Part shown: piece after piece, positions 1-8,923 of the stretch
How the letters are laid out: the number at the start of each line of letters is the position of its first letter
Position numbering within the stretch: position 1 is the first letter of the stretch
Virus record (IMG/VR): IMGVR_UViG_3300037755_000850
Location: 1 to 64,000 of that record
Direction: 5' to 3' (one strand)
DNA: 64,000 nt
Origin: a virus
Made by a program: the position numbers and the translations under genes
The notes under the pieces: generated by a model
What the model saw: the letters and a program-made list of their open reading frames with translations, nothing else
Database searches by the model: none
Told to the model about the DNA's origin: nothing

Positions 1-2
1 AA

Positions 3-254
3 TGTGATCTCATCGGCCTGATAACCGAACGGGCGCTTACCCTTCCGTGGCCGCGACGCCCTGAGCGTCTCAGCCTCGAAATGGACATTACTGCCGCACA
101 CTGCAACGGGATGACGCTGAACTTGACAGCCCTGCTGAATGCCGACGACGCGAACTTTGCTCACGACATTGGCGGGATTGTCCAGCACATCAATCGGCAG
201 ACGGGCGAACTTGAAAACTGCTTCGTGCCTCGTTACGCAGCGGCTAACAACTGA
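3..254 (+). CDS. conserved phage protein (DUF6874-like), 5'-truncated by the window edge
   Basis: Own translation of frame 3: ...MDITAAHCNGMTLNLTALLNADDANFAHDIGGIVQHINRQTGELENCFVPRY*, a recognisable phage family motif. Confidence 0.7.
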   Translation, partial: CDLIGLITERALTLPWPRRPERLSLEMDITAAHCNGMTLNLTALLNADDANFAHDIGGIVQHINRQTGELENCFVPRYAAANN

Positions 255-347
255 TCACCTCTCGGGACGACCTTTACTGGTCGTTCCTTGAAGGCTTTCG
301 CAATCAGCTATGACGGGCGGCTTTTGCCCGGAATGAAGGAGAAAGAT

Positions 348-515
348 ATGAAACGATCTTCCGTTGAAAATAAAGATCTCGCTTATACAGTGCGTATCAA
401 CGGTCGCGTTGCCGCTGCGTTTCGGCGGCAGTCTTGGGCTGAAGATTTCGCCAATCAAGCCGTAGAGGATTACCCAGACGATACGATCGAGATTGAAAAC
501 TCCACGGCCCCATAG
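348..515 (+). CDS. hypothetical protein
   Basis: AAGGAG RBS upstream of ATG 348. Confidence 0.55.
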   Translation: MKRSSVENKDLAYTVRINGRVAAAFRRQSWAEDFANQAVEDYPDDTIEIENSTAP

Positions 516-546
516 CGGGCCGTCCTTCATAGCTGAAAGGAATGAA

Positions 547-708
547 ATGCCGCATAACGAAGCCAGAGACAGAAGTGAAAGCCGCGTCCGAACAATGGTC
601 GAGATACTCAAGAGTTTGAATGAAGAAGAAAGGATGCAGGTTTTTAATCGTTTTTGCAAGCACTGCGGATCTGATGATCCAAATTGCCAATGTTGGAATG
701 ATGAATGA
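547..708 (+). CDS. small Cys-rich hypothetical protein
   Basis: AAGG RBS; C-terminal CKHCGSDDPNCQC. Confidence 0.55.
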   Translation: MPHNEARDRSESRVRTMVEILKSLNEEERMQVFNRFCKHCGSDDPNCQCWNDE

Positions 709-850
709 TCACGGAAAATTGATCACCAATCGTAAATAACGGCACGTTTTCTATGCTATTATAAACTAACCCCATCCCGCAGTTGGCCGTCGGGATGGGG
801 TAGCCTGAGTGGCCTCAGAAATGCAACTCATCAGATAAGGAGAATCTGAT

Positions 851-1894
851 ATGAAACTATCTAGCACAATGCCCGCATGGGCACAATGGGTGCTGGGGAT
901 TTTTATTGCATTCCTCTGCCTGAGTGCGGGTATCGCATCGCTGGGCATGAACGTGATATTCGGCCTCCAGTTCTCGCCTATCATGGGAGCCATCTTCGGC
1001 CTGTCTGACGTGCTCAAGATCGCTCTCCCCGCTGTCGCCGTGGTTCTGGGCTGGCAGTGGAAAACCAAGCTGCTCTATGTCGGAGCAGCGCTGTTCTCGG
1101 TGTTCTGCGCCCTGAACTATCTGGCCGAAACCCAGGGCAATACGCTCCTGGAAGCTCAGCATCGCGCTGCGATGATCAGCACGGCCAAGCAGGATGCCGA
1201 AACTGCAAAAGCACAACTCGCCAAGATCGACGAGCTGCTTGGCTCATCTGAGCTGAAAGATCTGCATACGCAGAAAACTGACGCTGTTTCACGTGAAACA
1301 GAACGCGGTGGCTGTGGACCGAAATGCGAAAGCATCCAGAAGGAAGCCGACGCCCTGCTGGTTCGTCTTGGCAAGGCCAAGCGCCGCGAAGACCTTGAAG
1401 CCAAGGTGGCAGAGGCAACCAAATTGCTCAAGGCCACCCCAGAAAAGACAGTCGGATCGGTCGGCATCATCGCCAGTTTGACCGGGATCGGCAAGGAACA
1501 GATCGGCACCAGCTTTACCATCGGGTCGTCCCTGTTCGCTCTGTTTCTGCTTGAGCTGACCGCAATGCTGTCAAGCTATGGCATGGCCATGCTGCGCAGC
1601 GCCTATACGGTCAGCAACAAGACGGTGAAAACCCGTGTTCGTCAGGCGGCACCGCTTGATGACATCGGTGAGCCGGTTAGAATGACCAAGGAGATCGCGC
1701 TGCATAAAGTCCAGATGCGGATCTTCCATTCGCCGGGCAAGATGCTTGTGTCTTCCCGCCGTGCGCTGGCTGAAGAGCTAGGCGTTGCCAAGTCAACCTT
1801 CAATGACTGGTGCAATGAATGGCAGGACGCCGGACTGGTCATCACCACCAAGCGCGGCAATGAAACTGTCTTTGCCGCACAGGAAGCAGCATAA
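851..1894 (+). CDS. membrane protein with coiled coil and C-terminal winged HTH
   Basis: AAGGAG RBS; 3 N-terminal hydrophobic helices, a coiled coil, a further TM, then SRRALAEELGVAKSTFNDWCNEWQDAG. Confidence 0.8.
   Translation: MKLSSTMPAWAQWVLGIFIAFLCLSAGIASLGMNVIFGLQFSPIMGAIFGLSDVLKIALPAVAVVLGWQWKTKLLYVGAALFSVFCALNYLAETQGNTLLEAQHRAAMISTAKQDAETAKAQLAKIDELLGSSELKDLHTQKTDAVSRETERGGCGPKCESIQKEADALLVRLGKAKRREDLEAKVAEATKLLKATPEKTVGSVGIIASLTGIGKEQIGTSFTIGSSLFALFLLELTAMLSSYGMAMLRSAYTVSNKTVKTRVRQAAPLDDIGEPVRMTKEIALHKVQMRIFHSPGKMLVSSRRALAEELGVAKSTFNDWCNEWQDAGLVITTKRGNETVFAAQEAA
1285..1300. repeat. parS: parS site (perfect), intragenic
   Basis: TGTTTCACGTGAAACA. Confidence 0.85.
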
Positions 1895-1902
1895 TGTAAC
1901 TC

Positions 1903-1946
1903 AAGGGGCGCACGCTGACAATCGGTGATGCGCCCTTTTTGTTTTC
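1903..1946 (+). terminator. intrinsic terminator
   Basis: AAGGGGCGCA...TGCGCCCTTT followed by T-tract. Confidence 0.65.
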
Positions 1947-1961
1947 TGCCACGGAGCCCAT

Positions 1962-2144
1962 ATGAAAGACTGGATAAGAAAACGGATCAGCAACGTCCTG
2001 AATGCCTTTGCAGCATACGGCGCAACGGTGGTAATACTTGACTACACCGACACGCCAGCAGACTTGCGCATAGGTCTTGCCATCGTGCTGATCGCCCTTG
2101 GCATCGCCATTATCCTCGATGAGGTCTGGCCCGAAAAGGAGTAA
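1962..2144 (+). CDS. small membrane protein
   Basis: GGAG RBS, hydrophobic segments. Confidence 0.6.
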   Translation: MKDWIRKRISNVLNAFAAYGATVVILDYTDTPADLRIGLAIVLIALGIAIILDEVWPEKE

Positions 2145-2147
2145 CAA

Positions 2148-2369
2148 ATGCCCCATCAATTCACCATCTACGCCGGAGGCCGGACGGGCCGTCCACTCTC
2201 GCCGAACGAAGCCGCCGAAGACCGGACAGAAATTTTCACCCTTCCACAGCACGTGATCGACATGCTCGAAAAACAGTGCTCAGCAACGGGTGACCATCCT
2301 GACCGAGGCGAAAATCGGCAGGACGGTCGGAAACCAGACTTGACAAAGAGCAAAAAACCGGCTAGTTAG
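2148..2369 (+). CDS. hypothetical protein
   Basis: AAGGAG RBS, coupled to the upstream gene. Confidence 0.5.
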   Translation: MPHQFTIYAGGRTGRPLSPNEAAEDRTEIFTLPQHVIDMLEKQCSATGDHPDRGENRQDGRKPDLTKSKKPAS

Positions 2370-2433
2370 GCCGGGCAACTGACGATCGGCAATACGGCCC
2401 GGCCACTGGAAACAGCGGTCGGGCTTTTTTATG

Positions 2434-2748
2434 TCAGCCGCCAGGCAACGCGTCTACAAAGTATTCCTTCCCGATCACGATGATATCCTCATCTTCACCT
2501 ACACGGTGACCTAGCTCCGCCAAGACCTCTGCCGATGGCTTCTTGCCGATGATGACGAACTGATCGCCATGCTCATGAACCGATGGACAATCACCCATCG
2601 GGCACTTGGCAACATGCACAGCGGGGCATGACGCGGACACTTCGCAATCCTCTGGCGTCACATCCTCAAGTTCATAGACAGCGGGACAAGCCCCTATCGT
2701 ACACCGCAGATGCGCGGGTGTCAGATCCACAATCTTCACCATATCCAT
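2434..2748 (-). CDS. Cys-rich repeat protein
   Basis: three C-x4/5-CP(A/S)V repeats; AAGGAG RBS. Confidence 0.65.
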   Translation of the reverse strand: MDMVKIVDLTPAHLRCTIGACPAVYELEDVTPEDCEVSASCPAVHVAKCPMGDCPSVHEHGDQFVIIGKKPSAEVLAELGHRVGEDEDIIVIGKEYFVDALPGG

Positions 2749-3383
2749 CACTCCTTCTTACCGTCAGTTTTCTTATTTGCCCCCAGCTGCTTCCATAATT
2801 CAAGAAAAGCCTCATTGCTGGAGATCTCAATTTCCTCTTTTACACGCCATTTTTCGGGTTGGCGGACGGATAACCAGTGCTTGATTGCTCCGACATCGGG
2901 CGGAACATGCTCTTTATACGGAACAACAACCGGAACCCCTTTGTTTTGAAAGATTTTTACCGCGTCATAGGTGTAGCCCGCAGCCCGCTCAGCAAGCGTT
3001 CTTTCGATGCGCTGATCAAAAACATTGCCTAATTTTCCGAAGGCCGCATCGAAGTCAGGATATGTCTGCCGCCACTTCCACACCGTAGCGTTGTTTATTC
3101 CGAACAGATCGGCTATCTCAGAGATCAGAGCGCCCTTTTCCAGCGCCCTCTTCGCCACATGGGCGTATTGTGGATTATATTTGTATACGGGACGGCCCCG
3201 CTTGGATTTTGGGCGAGGAAGCTTGATGTCTCCAGGGAGTTCTTCTAGATCTTCCAGATCTTCAATGTCCTCTATGACGGGAGGATCGAGGGGACTGGCT
3301 TTCTTCCTTGTGCCTTTCTTTTTTTCGGCACGATCAGCAGCAGACTTGATGTCCTCCTTTGTTGGTTTCTTTCTGGGTGGCAT
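2748..3383 (-). CDS. terminase small subunit-like HTH protein
   Basis: GRP..KY, EIADLFGINNATVWKWRQTYPDF, LAERAAGY, HVPPDVGAIKHWL..RQPEKWR motifs typical of TerS. Confidence 0.75.
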   Translation of the reverse strand: MPPRKKPTKEDIKSAADRAEKKKGTRKKASPLDPPVIEDIEDLEDLEELPGDIKLPRPKSKRGRPVYKYNPQYAHVAKRALEKGALISEIADLFGINNATVWKWRQTYPDFDAAFGKLGNVFDQRIERTLAERAAGYTYDAVKIFQNKGVPVVVPYKEHVPPDVGAIKHWLSVRQPEKWRVKEEIEISSNEAFLELWKQLGANKKTDGKKE

Positions 3384-3569
3384 TGTGGTTACCGAACAAC
3401 TTTTAGATGTGAATTCATGATAATCCCGTTTGATGCACCCTTGACATCAAGATCGCTCTTTTCTTCTTCGGTTAGGGGGCGGTCAAGCTTTTCTGAGATA
3501 CGGTCATGGAATGACTTCTTGGCCCCTCGGATCTTCCTGCGTGGTAAATCTCGTGATAATGACATTATG

Positions 3570-3785
3570 CTATTCCTTGATATTTACTGTTATGACCAGT
3601 TCTTGGCCTCTACGAAACGCGGTGTATTCACTGAATAAGCCGACTGTTAGTTCTCCGAGGCGCTTTTTAACTCTGATGCGAGCCTGCTCTGCGGCTTCAT
3701 CGGCACAGCGGTTGATTTCTTCCTCAAGCTGTTCTGTGAAAGTCTTTTCCAGTAGAGTGAGAAATTCATTGGAAACGGTTGACAT
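3570..3785 (-). CDS. hypothetical protein
   Basis: coupled ORF in the minus-strand operon. Confidence 0.55.
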   Translation of the reverse strand: MSTVSNEFLTLLEKTFTEQLEEEINRCADEAAEQARIRVKKRLGELTVGLFSEYTAFRRGQELVITVNIKE

Positions 3786-3974
3786 TATGATCTGCCCATA
3801 GCGGGCGTGTTTCTTGTATATTCATCTTCCGCTTTAATGTGAACCTGTTCAACCAGATCCATGACCTCATTCATTGTGGCTGGGCCGGTAACTGTCATTC
3901 TGCGCAGTGGCTTGCCGGGTTCTTCGATTTCTAACGTGACGATTATTATATCAGCGTCTGTCATTATGACAATC

Positions 3975-4331
3975 CTACTGTTGATGTGTGCCTTCGACGC
4001 CGCGCGCCATGCGTTCACGGGTGCGTTCTAGCAATTGAAGCTGAGCAGCTTGAATATGGAATAGGGCAGCTGCATTGTAGTTGCTGGCAAACTGTCCAGC
4101 CTGAAAACCTTCGAGACGATCAATCAGAATGGCGAGCAACGCTTCATGAGTGATGCCATTGACGCCGGTTTCATTGATGGGGCCGTTCTGGAAGCTTAAC
4201 CTGACGCCACTGCCGTCCGGAAGCTTGATTTGGTAATCATGGCATGCGCCGCCAGCGCCAGGTTCATCACGAACGGTGATCTCAAGTTGATCATTGGCTG
4301 GGTTAACTTTGTGGGATTCTATGAAACGCAT
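3975..4331 (-). CDS. tad1: Tad1-like signalling-nucleotide sponge (Thoeris/CBASS anti-defence)
   Basis: GAGGACHDY..FQNGP...GIT.EALLAILIDRLEGFQAGQF..N..AL.HI..A...L..RT.ER..RGVEGT follows the Tad1 pattern over the full length. Confidence 0.8.
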   Translation of the reverse strand: MRFIESHKVNPANDQLEITVRDEPGAGGACHDYQIKLPDGSGVRLSFQNGPINETGVNGITHEALLAILIDRLEGFQAGQFASNYNAAALFHIQAAQLQLLERTRERMARGVEGTHQQ

Positions 4332-4552
4332 TATGATCGTCCCTCTTGCGCAATGGCAGACGCGATGTCCTCGTCGCCTTCCTCCTCGCCTGCCGGCTCC
4401 AGCGCCAGCTCGATCGCGAACTCGGTTAGTGCATCCGCGTGTTCCGGATATCTGCGCACGAAATCCTCAAGGGTTCTGGCATCTGGTACCGGCATCGCCA
4501 AAGCGAGCGCGTTTAGCACATCGTTCAGTGGCTTGTTACTCTGGGTCATCAT
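4331..4552 (-). CDS. hypothetical protein
   Basis: coupled ORF. Confidence 0.55.
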   Translation of the reverse strand: MMTQSNKPLNDVLNALALAMPVPDARTLEDFVRRYPEHADALTEFAIELALEPAGEEEGDEDIASAIAQEGRS

Positions 4553-4920
4553 GCTTGCCCTCTAAGATCTTGCGACCATTTCTTGATGTCGGGATCGATA
4601 TTATGATGTTGCTCTGTGAAAGGCGGTGCCGGGGCGACCTGCTTGAAGAATTCCTTGGCCTGACCTCCGGCATCAGCGCCAGCCTGGTAAGGCTCATCCA
4701 ATGGTGATGCCCAGTCATGATCGACATAGACACGGGTGATGGTGGCGAAGTGATTGACATGGTTGAAGCGGTGGAAGGATTCAAATTCCAGCACGCTGTC
4801 ATTCTTAATCTCGATTCTGCGCAGGCCGACAAAAGAAGATGCGTCTCCCAGTCCCTTGCGGAAGCCGAGGAAGGCTTTCTGTTTCTTGTCGGCGGTGATG
4901 GTCATGCGAAAATCATCCAT
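4549..4920 (-). CDS. hypothetical protein
   Basis: coupled ORF (ATGA overlap). Confidence 0.55.
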   Translation of the reverse strand: MDDFRMTITADKKQKAFLGFRKGLGDASSFVGLRRIEIKNDSVLEFESFHRFNHVNHFATITRVYVDHDWASPLDEPYQAGADAGGQAKEFFKQVAPAPPFTEQHHNIDPDIKKWSQDLRGQA

Positions 4921-4993
4921 CCCAATGCAAGGCCAATAGCCAGGATGACTATGATATAGAAGGTTATGATCTTTTCAAGACCGTCCAGCATCA

Positions 4994-5350
4994 TCATGCA
5001 TCCGAGTTCTCAAGGAACGAGATCCGCCACCCGGCTCCGAACTGGAACACCTGATCACCAGTCAGAGTTGGCGATGAGGCGACCGCTTCGACCAGCTCGG
5101 CATTTTCTGTGGTGATCTCGTAATTGACGGTCTTACCTTCCTGTACTTGAACCATCAGAAGCTTTGCATGGGCTGGTGCGGTGTCAGCCGATGAGTTGAC
5201 CGCCGTGCTTGTGTTGGCGGTAAGTTGTTCCTTGGCCAGATAAGGCTGCTTGAGCTGGGAGACGGAGTCAGTGGACAGTCTGCCACTGGCTGGGGATACT
5301 GGCGCGCTGATCAGGGCGGAATGGGTAAACAGGCGGACAATGGCGGTCAT
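4994..5350 (-). CDS. hypothetical protein (beta-rich)
   Basis: AAGGAG RBS, preceded by a parS site. Confidence 0.65.
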   Translation of the reverse strand: MTAIVRLFTHSALISAPVSPASGRLSTDSVSQLKQPYLAKEQLTANTSTAVNSSADTAPAHAKLLMVQVQEGKTVNYEITTENAELVEAVASSPTLTGDQVFQFGAGWRISFLENSDA

Positions 5351-5367
5351 TGGGTGTCTCCTTCACC

Positions 5368-5383
5368 TGTTTCACGTGAAACA
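5368..5383. repeat. parS: parS site (perfect)
   Basis: TGTTTCACGTGAAACA. Confidence 0.85.
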
Positions 5384-5433
5384 TTGGGGTCTGCAACGTC
5401 AGGGATTTGATCAGCGTCCAGTTTCACACCCCC

Positions 5434-5449
5434 TGTTTCACATGAAACA
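5434..5449. repeat. parS: parS-like site (1 mismatch)
   Basis: TGTTTCACATGAAACA. Confidence 0.65.
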
Positions 5450-5754
5450 CTCTTCTCGACCGGAGCAAAATAGGTTCTCAGCTCATGGGCTGATAGCGCT
5501 GTGGTCAGTTCATAGATGCGGGTGGCGCAATCGCGGATTTCCTGAACTCTGGCTTCAGTACTGAAGAGATGCTCAGCCTGGGCGAGATAACCACGGATCA
5601 GCATGCGGTATTCGGTGGCGATCCGATCCGGGGTGAAACAATGATCGGGTGGAAATCGGAAACTGTTATCAAGAATGGGTGGCTTCATGGGTGCGCCTGT
5701 GCAAGAGGTTTGCGGCCATAATGCAGTGATTCGCAATAGAAACAAAGCTTCAAA

Positions 5755-5789
5755 CAAAAATGCCCACAGACTCTGGCTAGTCTGTGGGC
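5755..5789 (-). terminator. intrinsic terminator
   Basis: GCCCACAGA...TCTGTGGGC hairpin with an A-tract on the plus strand, downstream of the vWA gene. Confidence 0.6.
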
Positions 5790-5841
5790 TGATCTGGCAA
5801 GATCGGGAAAAATCCCAACGTGGGATGCGTCCTTTATAATC

Positions 5842-6555
5842 TTAGAGTTTCACCTTGTCAACAAGGCTTTCGCCCTGTTTGATCTTGTCACCCTGTTTTT
5901 CTTTCTCGTCACTCCACTGTTTGGCGTAAGCATCACCTGCGGCCTGCTTGTCGATGTCGGAAAAACTCATGGCCTTGCCGGTTTCGAAAAATGCGCGGGT
6001 TGACTGGGCGGTGGCGGCATAGGCGGCTTGGGTCGAACCGCGATCCTTGGCGTTATAGCTCATGGTACTGGAGGCTTGAATTCCCATTTTCGCACCAGTT
6101 CCGTAATTGTCGATCGAGGCCCCAAGGAACACGAATTGCCAACCCCAGCCAGAGACTTCCTTGATCTTTTCGTGAAGATCTTTCATGGTGAAGGCTTGGC
6201 TGGCATTTTCCAGACCATCTGTCATGATGGTGATGACTACCTTGTCAGAGGGCTTGTAATCCGACTTTGCGCTTTCGATTGCGATGCAGGCGGCGTCGAT
6301 CAGCGGGGTGCCGCCACGCGGGGAATAGATTTCGCGGGTGAGATCGGGCACTTCGCGCAAGGGTTTGCGCCGGTGAATGACATCGGTGGATATCGTATCG
6401 AACTGCATCAGGGTAAACTCGATATCCTTGTCCGACTGGCGCAGGCTCTGCGTATAGGCGTTGAAGGATTCCAGGGTGGATTCCAGCTTGCCCTCCATTG
6501 ATCCGGAGCGATCGAGAACGAAAATGACAGTATGTTTGGTGAGATCGTTGGTCAT
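5842..6555 (-). CDS. von Willebrand factor A domain protein
   Basis: MIDAS DRSGS, GGTPLIDA, IMTDGLENAS; start revised to ATG 6555 (AAGG RBS). Confidence 0.85.
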   Translation of the reverse strand: MTNDLTKHTVIFVLDRSGSMEGKLESTLESFNAYTQSLRQSDKDIEFTLMQFDTISTDVIHRRKPLREVPDLTREIYSPRGGTPLIDAACIAIESAKSDYKPSDKVVITIMTDGLENASQAFTMKDLHEKIKEVSGWGWQFVFLGASIDNYGTGAKMGIQASSTMSYNAKDRGSTQAAYAATAQSTRAFFETGKAMSFSDIDKQAAGDAYAKQWSDEKEKQGDKIKQGESLVDKVKL

Positions 6556-6565
6556 TGGGGTTCCT

Positions 6566-6799
6566 TTAGTGTTCGTGATCGTAGATTTTATTTTCGACAT
6601 ATTGAATATCTTCTCTTGACGGGACATCCAACAACACGCGAAGGGCGCTACGCATCTCTTCCCGCCCTCTTGCCTCGGCTTCTCGAAGGCGACTCGCGAT
6701 AACATAGGCGAGATTCGCCTGCTGATTTAGAGGAACCCTGAATGCACGCTGCAAGGCTATGGCCTTAGCCTGTATATCATAGTAGTCTTCAATCTTCAT
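6566..6799 (-). CDS. hypothetical protein
   Basis: ORF in operon. Confidence 0.5.
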   Translation of the reverse strand: MKIEDYYDIQAKAIALQRAFRVPLNQQANLAYVIASRLREAEARGREEMRSALRVLLDVPSREDIQYVENKIYDHEH

Positions 6800-6810
6800 G
6801 GTCCTGCCGT

Positions 6811-7452
6811 TCAGCCTTTTCCTTCAGCTTGTCGCGCTTGTTCGCCACGATTTTTGGGCGGTATTTTTCGCTTCGAAGATCTTTTGCCACCGGATTTCGG
6901 CGCAGCCGACCAGCTTGTTGAGATTTTTTCATTTCGGCCCAGCAGCGCGTTGATCTTGGAGCGGTGATCGGAACACAACCATAGATTCCAGAACGCCAGC
7001 CCATGATCAAGACCGGCGAAAATTCTCTGTACCTTCATGTCTGATCCGCAAAATTCACAGCGGCTCGGGCGTTCCTCTTCCCTGATGCGGTAATAATCAT
7101 TCACCTGGGTCCGCATCCGGTGCTTGTCCACGAAGTCTTGTGACTGCCTCCTTAGTTCATAGCGCTTCTTCCCGGCCCTCGCCCCTTCCTTGGCGTAATT
7201 TTCCGCCCGGCACTGTCCGCATATGGCCTGCCCAGGCTGGCGCTCCCGAATATGACACTTGATGCAATAATTGGCGCAGCCGGGGCAGAAATGTCTTGGA
7301 TGGGGAACAGGATTGCGGTGACACCGCCTACACTTGTACTTCAAAGCAATCCTCCCATCAGACACAATCCCGCAATATATAAGACAGAACGCCGTAAAAA
7401 TCAACAGCGTAAATTTTATAAAAAAAACGCCATTTTTATATTGACTATCCAA
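6811..7452 (-). CDS. Cys-rich putative zinc-binding protein (start uncertain)
   Basis: five CxxC pairs. Confidence 0.5.
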   Translation of the reverse strand: MDSQYKNGVFFIKFTLLIFTAFCLIYCGIVSDGRIALKYKCRRCHRNPVPHPRHFCPGCANYCIKCHIRERQPGQAICGQCRAENYAKEGARAGKKRYELRRQSQDFVDKHRMRTQVNDYYRIREEERPSRCEFCGSDMKVQRIFAGLDHGLAFWNLWLCSDHRSKINALLGRNEKISTSWSAAPKSGGKRSSKRKIPPKNRGEQARQAEGKG

Positions 7453-7469
7453 ACGGAATTCTTTACATT
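7441..7469 (+). promoter_or_regulatory. sigma70-type promoter of the parS-punctuated operon
   Basis: TTGACT-N17-TACATT preceded by A/T tracts (UP-element-like). Confidence 0.65.
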
Positions 7470-7653
7470 CAAATCATCGGACGACGATAGAGCCGATACG
7501 GTAAAATGGTTCCGCCAAGCAAGAGAGAACCATACGTCTGGTGGTCGCAGTATCTACGGGTGCTGCATAACATGGCCGGTCTCCAGCGGGTCTTCTTTGA
7601 AGACTTACACAGAGTGGTAACAGCAAAGCCCTCTCTTTGTAAGTCTTTGTGGA

Positions 7654-7669
7654 TGTTCCACGTGAAACA
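7654..7669. repeat. parS: parS site
   Basis: TGTTCCACGTGAAACA. Confidence 0.85.
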
Positions 7670-7689
7670 CTCATGCAATGGAGAAAAGC

Positions 7690-7884
7690 ATGCGTTTTTT
7701 TCTTGTGTCATTTGCCTTCACTGGCGGCTTTGGTCGTCGCCTGTTCGGCACCGATGCCCAGATCGACGAAGAACAGATCCTGTTTTGGGAAGACGAGTGC
7801 AGCAAAAAAATCCGGGGCTCAGACAGACCTGTTTCCATCATCGCAATTTCGGAGATCGATGGTCCAGTTAAGCCTGTCGCTTGA
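7690..7884 (+). CDS. hypothetical protein
   Basis: GGAG RBS, ATG 7690, flanked by parS sites. Confidence 0.6.
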   Translation: MRFFLVSFAFTGGFGRRLFGTDAQIDEEQILFWEDECSKKIRGSDRPVSIIAISEIDGPVKPVA

Positions 7885-7885
7885 A

Positions 7886-7901
7886 CGTTTCACGTGAAAC
7901 G
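7886..7901. repeat. parS: parS site
   Basis: CGTTTCACGTGAAACG, 1 nt after the stop codon. Confidence 0.85.
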
Positions 7902-7923
7902 AGGTGCCATAAAGGAGGAAGAC

Positions 7924-8652
7924 ATGGCCGACAGAAAAGACCGCATTGTTCGTATTATCCAGGCCCTGAAGGCCAAGACCGCCGATCGCGGCGCGAGCGA
8001 GAATGAAGCCATGGAGGCGGCATCGAAGATCGCGGCCCTGATGGATCAATATGACATTTCCGAAGGCGATCTACGCGAGGCGGGCGAAGAGGCTCTCAAA
8101 ACCGAAGCCGTCAGCATCGACAAGCTTTGGCAAGAGCTGCTGATGAAATGCTGTGCGCCTGCAATCAGCAAACTCACCGGGACGCTCGCCGTGGGGAAAT
8201 TTGTGTCCGCCCGCCGCTGTGCCTATCAGTTCATCGGGGCTGACAATGATGTGTTCTTCGCCAAGTGGTTGGCTGAGACCATCGTCGATTTTGTCCTCAC
8301 CGGATTGAGAGAAGAAGAGGCGAGACGCTATTTCCCGACAGCCTCAGCGCGCTCGGCCTATCGCAATGGCTATCTGATCGGGGCTGGTCTCAGGATCAAC
8401 GCCCGGATCGAGGCCATGCTTGCCGATCGCAATCAGGTGCGGGCCTCGGCCAACCTTCCCGCTCTTGCCTCCAAGGCCGTGGTCATCAAGGACCGGCTGA
8501 TGTCGCAAGGTGAGAAGTTCGAGCCCAGCCAGAACAGATTTAACGGCAAGGCCAGTACGGCAGGCCGTGAAGCTGGCGCTGAGCGCGGCGAGGCTGTCCA
8601 GCTTGGCCGTCCGCTGTCGAGGGAAGATCAGCGCGCTCTCACGGCGCGCTGA
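7924..8652 (+). CDS. DUF2786-like domain protein
   Basis: N-terminal RIIQALKAKTADRGASENEAMEAASKIAALMDQY; AAGGAGG RBS. Confidence 0.75.
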   Translation: MADRKDRIVRIIQALKAKTADRGASENEAMEAASKIAALMDQYDISEGDLREAGEEALKTEAVSIDKLWQELLMKCCAPAISKLTGTLAVGKFVSARRCAYQFIGADNDVFFAKWLAETIVDFVLTGLREEEARRYFPTASARSAYRNGYLIGAGLRINARIEAMLADRNQVRASANLPALASKAVVIKDRLMSQGEKFEPSQNRFNGKASTAGREAGAERGEAVQLGRPLSREDQRALTAR

Positions 8653-8653
8653 T

Positions 8654-8669
8654 TGTTCCACGTGAAACA
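8654..8669. repeat. parS: parS site
   Basis: TGTTCCACGTGAAACA, 1 nt after the stop codon. Confidence 0.85.
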
Positions 8670-8680
8670 GCATCGGAGGA

Positions 8681-8893
8681 ATGATGGCTCTTACATATGG
8701 TCAATCTGAAATGCTTCGCTTGGTCAAGCGCAGTCTGGACAAGGCGGACGGGGAATGGGCTGATGTCAGCGACCAGCTTTGGCCGTTCGCGCAAGAGATC
8801 AAACGCCATCTGCCTGAACTGGTAGAACTGCATCCCGACAAGCAAGCCATCCGGCTCACGCATGAAGGGGTTACGGTTCTGAAATACATCTGA
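8681..8893 (+). CDS. hypothetical protein
   Basis: GGAGG RBS. Confidence 0.65.
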   Translation: MMALTYGQSEMLRLVKRSLDKADGEWADVSDQLWPFAQEIKRHLPELVELHPDKQAIRLTHEGVTVLKYI

Positions 8894-8894
8894 A

Positions 8895-8910
8895 CGTTTC
8901 ACGTGAAACA
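8895..8910. repeat. parS: parS site
   Basis: CGTTTCACGTGAAACA, 1 nt after the stop codon. Confidence 0.85.
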
Positions 8911-8923
8911 AAGGAGCTTTGCC

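Noticed and set aside
5347-5757. ORF spanning two parS sites
   Set aside because: It starts immediately after a terminator with no RBS; coding status is unsupported, though a shorter version may be real.
7478-7541. Hammerhead ribozyme
   Set aside because: Three-stem appearance but no CUGANGA/GAAA core.
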